Origin: Candidatus Buchananbacteria bacterium
Lineage (GTDB): Bacteria; Patescibacteriota; Patescibacteriia; 2-01-FULL-39-33
DNA: 43,713 nt
Assembly (NCBI GenBank): GCA_903907165.1
Contig: CAIVNC010000005.1
Span: forward strand, 1 to 43,713
Reading direction: 5' to 3'
In this document: positions 41,295-43,713 of the stretch, piece after piece
Numbering within the stretch: position 1 is the first letter of the stretch
How the letters are laid out: each line of letters starts with the position of its first letter
Translations under genes and position numbers: made by a program
Notes under the pieces: model-generated
Databases searched by the model: none
What the model was told of the DNA's origin: nothing
What the model saw: only the letters and a program-made list of their open reading frames with translations

Positions 41295-42446
41295 CTAATT
41301 TAAATCTTTATAAATATTTTCTATTTTTTTGACCACTTGACCCCAAGAATATTTTTCCAAAGAATTCTGACTAGCTTTTTTACTCATACTCTTTCGCGCA
41401 TTATCATCAGTCAAAATAGTTTTTAATTTTTCAGCTAGGTCATCAATGTTTTGCGGTTCAACAATGAGTCCCGTCTCCCCTGCTACGATTGTTTTTCTGC
41501 TCCCCGGCCAATTAGAAACTACCGCCGGCACACCACAAGCCTGAGCCTCGGCGATCACAATACCAAAACTTTCTGTGCCAACCGTTGATGGTAAAACAAA
41601 AACATCGGCAAGAGAATAATAATTTGGCAAATCTTTGCTATCAATCCAACCAACAAAAATTACTTTTTCTTTCAGGCCCAAATCTTCAGTCATCTGCTGG
41701 TAATATTTTTTCAGATCGCCATCACCAACAACAATCAATTTCAAATCAACACTTTCAGAAATTTTCTGACAAGCTGGAAGCAATACTTCGACGCCCTTAA
41801 AAAAATGTTGCTGATCGAGACCGCCGACAAAAATAATTGTTTTCTCGTTTGATTTAATTTCTAATTTTTCAGCCAAGGCCAAGTTTTTTTCGCGAGGATA
41901 AAAAATCTTCTCATCAATAGCATTGGGCACCACTTCAAATTTATCTTTATGCAACCTTAAATAATTTTTCAAATAACTATTTTCAGAATGATCGAGTGAC
42001 AAAACAAAAATCTTATCCGTGAGTGATAAAATTAAATTCAAAAACAGACCAAGATAAATTTTGAAAAAATATTTTTGATAGCCAAAACCAATGGCGTCCA
42101 TTTGGTAATGAATCACTAATTTTTTCTTAGGATGAAAAAGTTTAAACAGAGCGACAATCAGATCTGTACCAAAAAACGGATAATATAGATGGATAATATC
42201 AAAACTTTTTAAGCTCTTCCACAAACCTTTCATAAAACCAGCATGGCCGAAGCGGAATCTGGCAGGCAAATATTCTAGACTGAAATTTTCCGCCTCAATC
42301 TTACCACTAAGATTTTCCAAAGTAAAAATAGAGACGGCATAACCGTCCTCCCCCAGTTTTTTCGCTTGATAAAAGGCGTTGCCACCCATGCCTCCACCCT
42401 GAGGAGGAAAAGCACAAACAACAATGGCAACTTTGGGATTAATCAT
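41295..42446 (-). CDS. Glycosyltransferase family 4
   Basis: 383 aa. C-terminal GT1/GT4 motif ESFGIVIAEAQACGVPAVVSNWPGSRKTIV. Confidence 0.85.
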   Translation of the reverse strand: MINPKVAIVVCAFPPQGGGMGGNAFYQAKKLGEDGYAVSIFTLENLSGKIEAENFSLEYLPARFRFGHAGFMKGLWKSLKSFDIIHLYYPFFGTDLIVALFKLFHPKKKLVIHYQMDAIGFGYQKYFFKIYLGLFLNLILSLTDKIFVLSLDHSENSYLKNYLRLHKDKFEVVPNAIDEKIFYPREKNLALAEKLEIKSNEKTIIFVGGLDQQHFFKGVEVLLPACQKISESVDLKLIVVGDGDLKKYYQQMTEDLGLKEKVIFVGWIDSKDLPNYYSLADVFVLPSTVGTESFGIVIAEAQACGVPAVVSNWPGSRKTIVAGETGLIVEPQNIDDLAEKLKTILTDDNARKSMSKKASQNSLEKYSWGQVVKKIENIYKDLN

Positions 42447-42449
42447 AAA

Positions 42450-43496
42450 CTACCAAAAAATTATTTTACTCGCCACCCAAAAATAGGCTTGGGTTATCGG
42501 ATTGACCACAAATTTTAAAATTGGATTGTCTAGTTCTTGAAACTTAATCGCCCCGACAAACTGAGACAAAATTTTACGATCAGAAACTTTTCTAATTTCT
42601 GAAGAATTTAATTTTCTTTCCACGACTTTTTTCATATTAGCCCAGAGCCAGCCGTAGCCTTTGATTTTTTCTTTAAACCAACCATTTTTGATGGAAAAAA
42701 GGAAAATTCCTAGTTCCATCACCACAAGCACCGGCAAAAAAACAATAACTGTCGCCAAACGATAATTAGCAAACATGACAATAAAGCGATTACGATCCAT
42801 GTAATAAAATTTATACTTGGCCTTACTGTAATTATATTTGTGCCAAACAACAGCCAAAGGATCAAGCATGACTTTGTATCCTGCGAGTCTAGCGCGCCAA
42901 CCAAGATCAACATCCTCGTGGTACATAAACAAGTCGGAATTAAACAAGCCAATTTTTTCTAAAGCGGACATTCTTATTAGACAGGCAGCACCTGAAGCAT
43001 ACGGTAATTCAAAAGGTGTAGTGATTGACTGGTTATTTTTTTCGCGATACTTATTGCAAAAAGCAAAACCGAGAAAATGAATGCTATTGCCAAAACTATT
43101 GATCAAATCTTTTTCTGGATACAATAATAATTTTGGCTGAACAATAGCGACTTTTTCATCATGCTCTAAAATCTTAGACATTCTAAGTAGCCAATTTGGT
43201 TCCACGATCGTATCTTGATTAAGGAGAGCTAAACAATCTGAACCATTTTTTTCTGCCAAAAACCAACCTTGATTATTAGCTTTAGCAAAACCGGCATTGT
43301 GACGATTGGCAATAACTTTTATTTCCGGATAATTACTCTTAAGATATTCAATAGTGTTATCCGAGGAATCATTATCAATCACCACAATCTTAACCAAATT
43401 CTTGGGATAGTTCTGATGATAAACGCTGGAAAGACACTCTGGCAAATACTGCCGAGCGTTATAGGTAACAATAACGATGGTGATTTTTTTATTCAT
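42450..43496 (-). CDS. Glycosyltransferase family 2
   Basis: GT-A motifs: ITIVIVTYNARQYLPECLSS, VIDNDSSDNT, a DXD-like HEDVDLGWR, and C-terminal TM helices. The start at 43496 (MNKKITIV) is preferred; an alternative ATG at 43529 overlaps the upstream gene. Confidence 0.85.
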   Translation of the reverse strand: MNKKITIVIVTYNARQYLPECLSSVYHQNYPKNLVKIVVIDNDSSDNTIEYLKSNYPEIKVIANRHNAGFAKANNQGWFLAEKNGSDCLALLNQDTIVEPNWLLRMSKILEHDEKVAIVQPKLLLYPEKDLINSFGNSIHFLGFAFCNKYREKNNQSITTPFELPYASGAACLIRMSALEKIGLFNSDLFMYHEDVDLGWRARLAGYKVMLDPLAVVWHKYNYSKAKYKFYYMDRNRFIVMFANYRLATVIVFLPVLVVMELGIFLFSIKNGWFKEKIKGYGWLWANMKKVVERKLNSSEIRKVSDRKILSQFVGAIKFQELDNPILKFVVNPITQAYFWVASKIIFW

Positions 43497-43506
43497 CTTT
43501 ATTTTT

Positions 43507-43713
43507 TTATTCCGTTTTCTTCTCTTCATTATTCAAGGCGATTTGACTAACTAAATTAGTGATTTGTTTTTCCATTTTTTCAAGACGCATTAACATTCTG
43601 AATAACAAATAGAAAATGAAAATAATCGAAGTATAAATCGCAAGATCAGCTCCACGGCCAACGCCGAATTTATTAGCCAAATAACTAGCAATACCTGGCT
43701 GCCAAACAACTGC
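43507..43713 (-). CDS. DUF2304-like small membrane protein (3' part; runs off the window)
   Basis: My own translation of the open frame gives ...AVVWQPGIASYLANKFGVGRGADLAIYTSIIFIFYLLFRMLMRLEKMEKQITNLVSQIALNNEEKKTE*. The GxGRGADL motif plus a C-terminal amphipathic helix, directly upstream of a GT2, is typical of that family. Confidence 0.55.
   Translation of the reverse strand, partial: AVVWQPGIASYLANKFGVGRGADLAIYTSIIFIFYLLFRMLMRLEKMEKQITNLVSQIALNNEEKKTE

Noticed and set aside
1-43713. Search for tRNA, rRNA, tmRNA, RNase P, CRISPR repeats, transposases or integrases
   Set aside because: By eye I found no T-arm/acceptor-like GTTCRANYC contexts in intergenic DNA, no short regularly spaced direct repeats, and no ORF with DDE, tyrosine- or serine-recombinase motifs. 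A computational scan (tRNAscan-SE, Infernal) would be needed to exclude small RNAs fully.

Overview
Low-GC bacterial segment (about 27-43% G+C in hand-counted 60-nt samples) with compact, mostly minus-strand operons and divergent housekeeping proteins. This fits a Patescibacteria/CPR-like genome using the standard code, but that taxonomic call is inference only. Left to right: (1) hpf and a partial dcw cell-wall cluster (mraY-murD-ftsW-murG-murC-murB). (2) A plus-strand surface-glycan set: Wzz-like, Wzy_C/O-antigen-ligase-like and a GT4. (3) A compositionally distinct island at 12.7-20.1 kb (about 50-60% G+C, GC3-rich). It has five genes for Sec-signal-peptide proteins built from shuffled modules (Ig I-set-like repeats plus three unrecognised modules) in three transcription units. 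Each unit is preceded by a copy of the same AT-rich cassette: palindrome, near-consensus promoter, and a conserved leader with a boxA-like box and a covarying hairpin. (4) Lower-glycolysis genes: two tandem divergent gpmI, eno, a SIMPL protein and pgk. (5) A four-subunit cytoplasmic [NiFe]-hydrogenase of the sulfhydrogenase/group-3b type. It is split into two transcription units and interleaved with unusual genes: a HypC::HydE-like radical-SAM fusion, a Zn-finger-less HypA-like protein, a Cys-rich membrane-anchored protein, an acidic 109-aa protein, a four-helix-bundle gene behind a long inverted repeat, and an opposite-strand CDP-alcohol phosphatidyltransferase. (6) galU, an orphan basic protein, a GT-C-like membrane protein, an unknown 483-aa HExxH protein, rmuC, and a GT4-GT4-GT2-DUF2304-like cluster. 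I found no rRNA, tRNA, CRISPR array, transposase or integrase. The two best novelty candidates are the secreted-protein island with its triplicated regulatory cassette, and the non-canonical hydrogenase maturation set centred on the HypC::HydE-like fusion.
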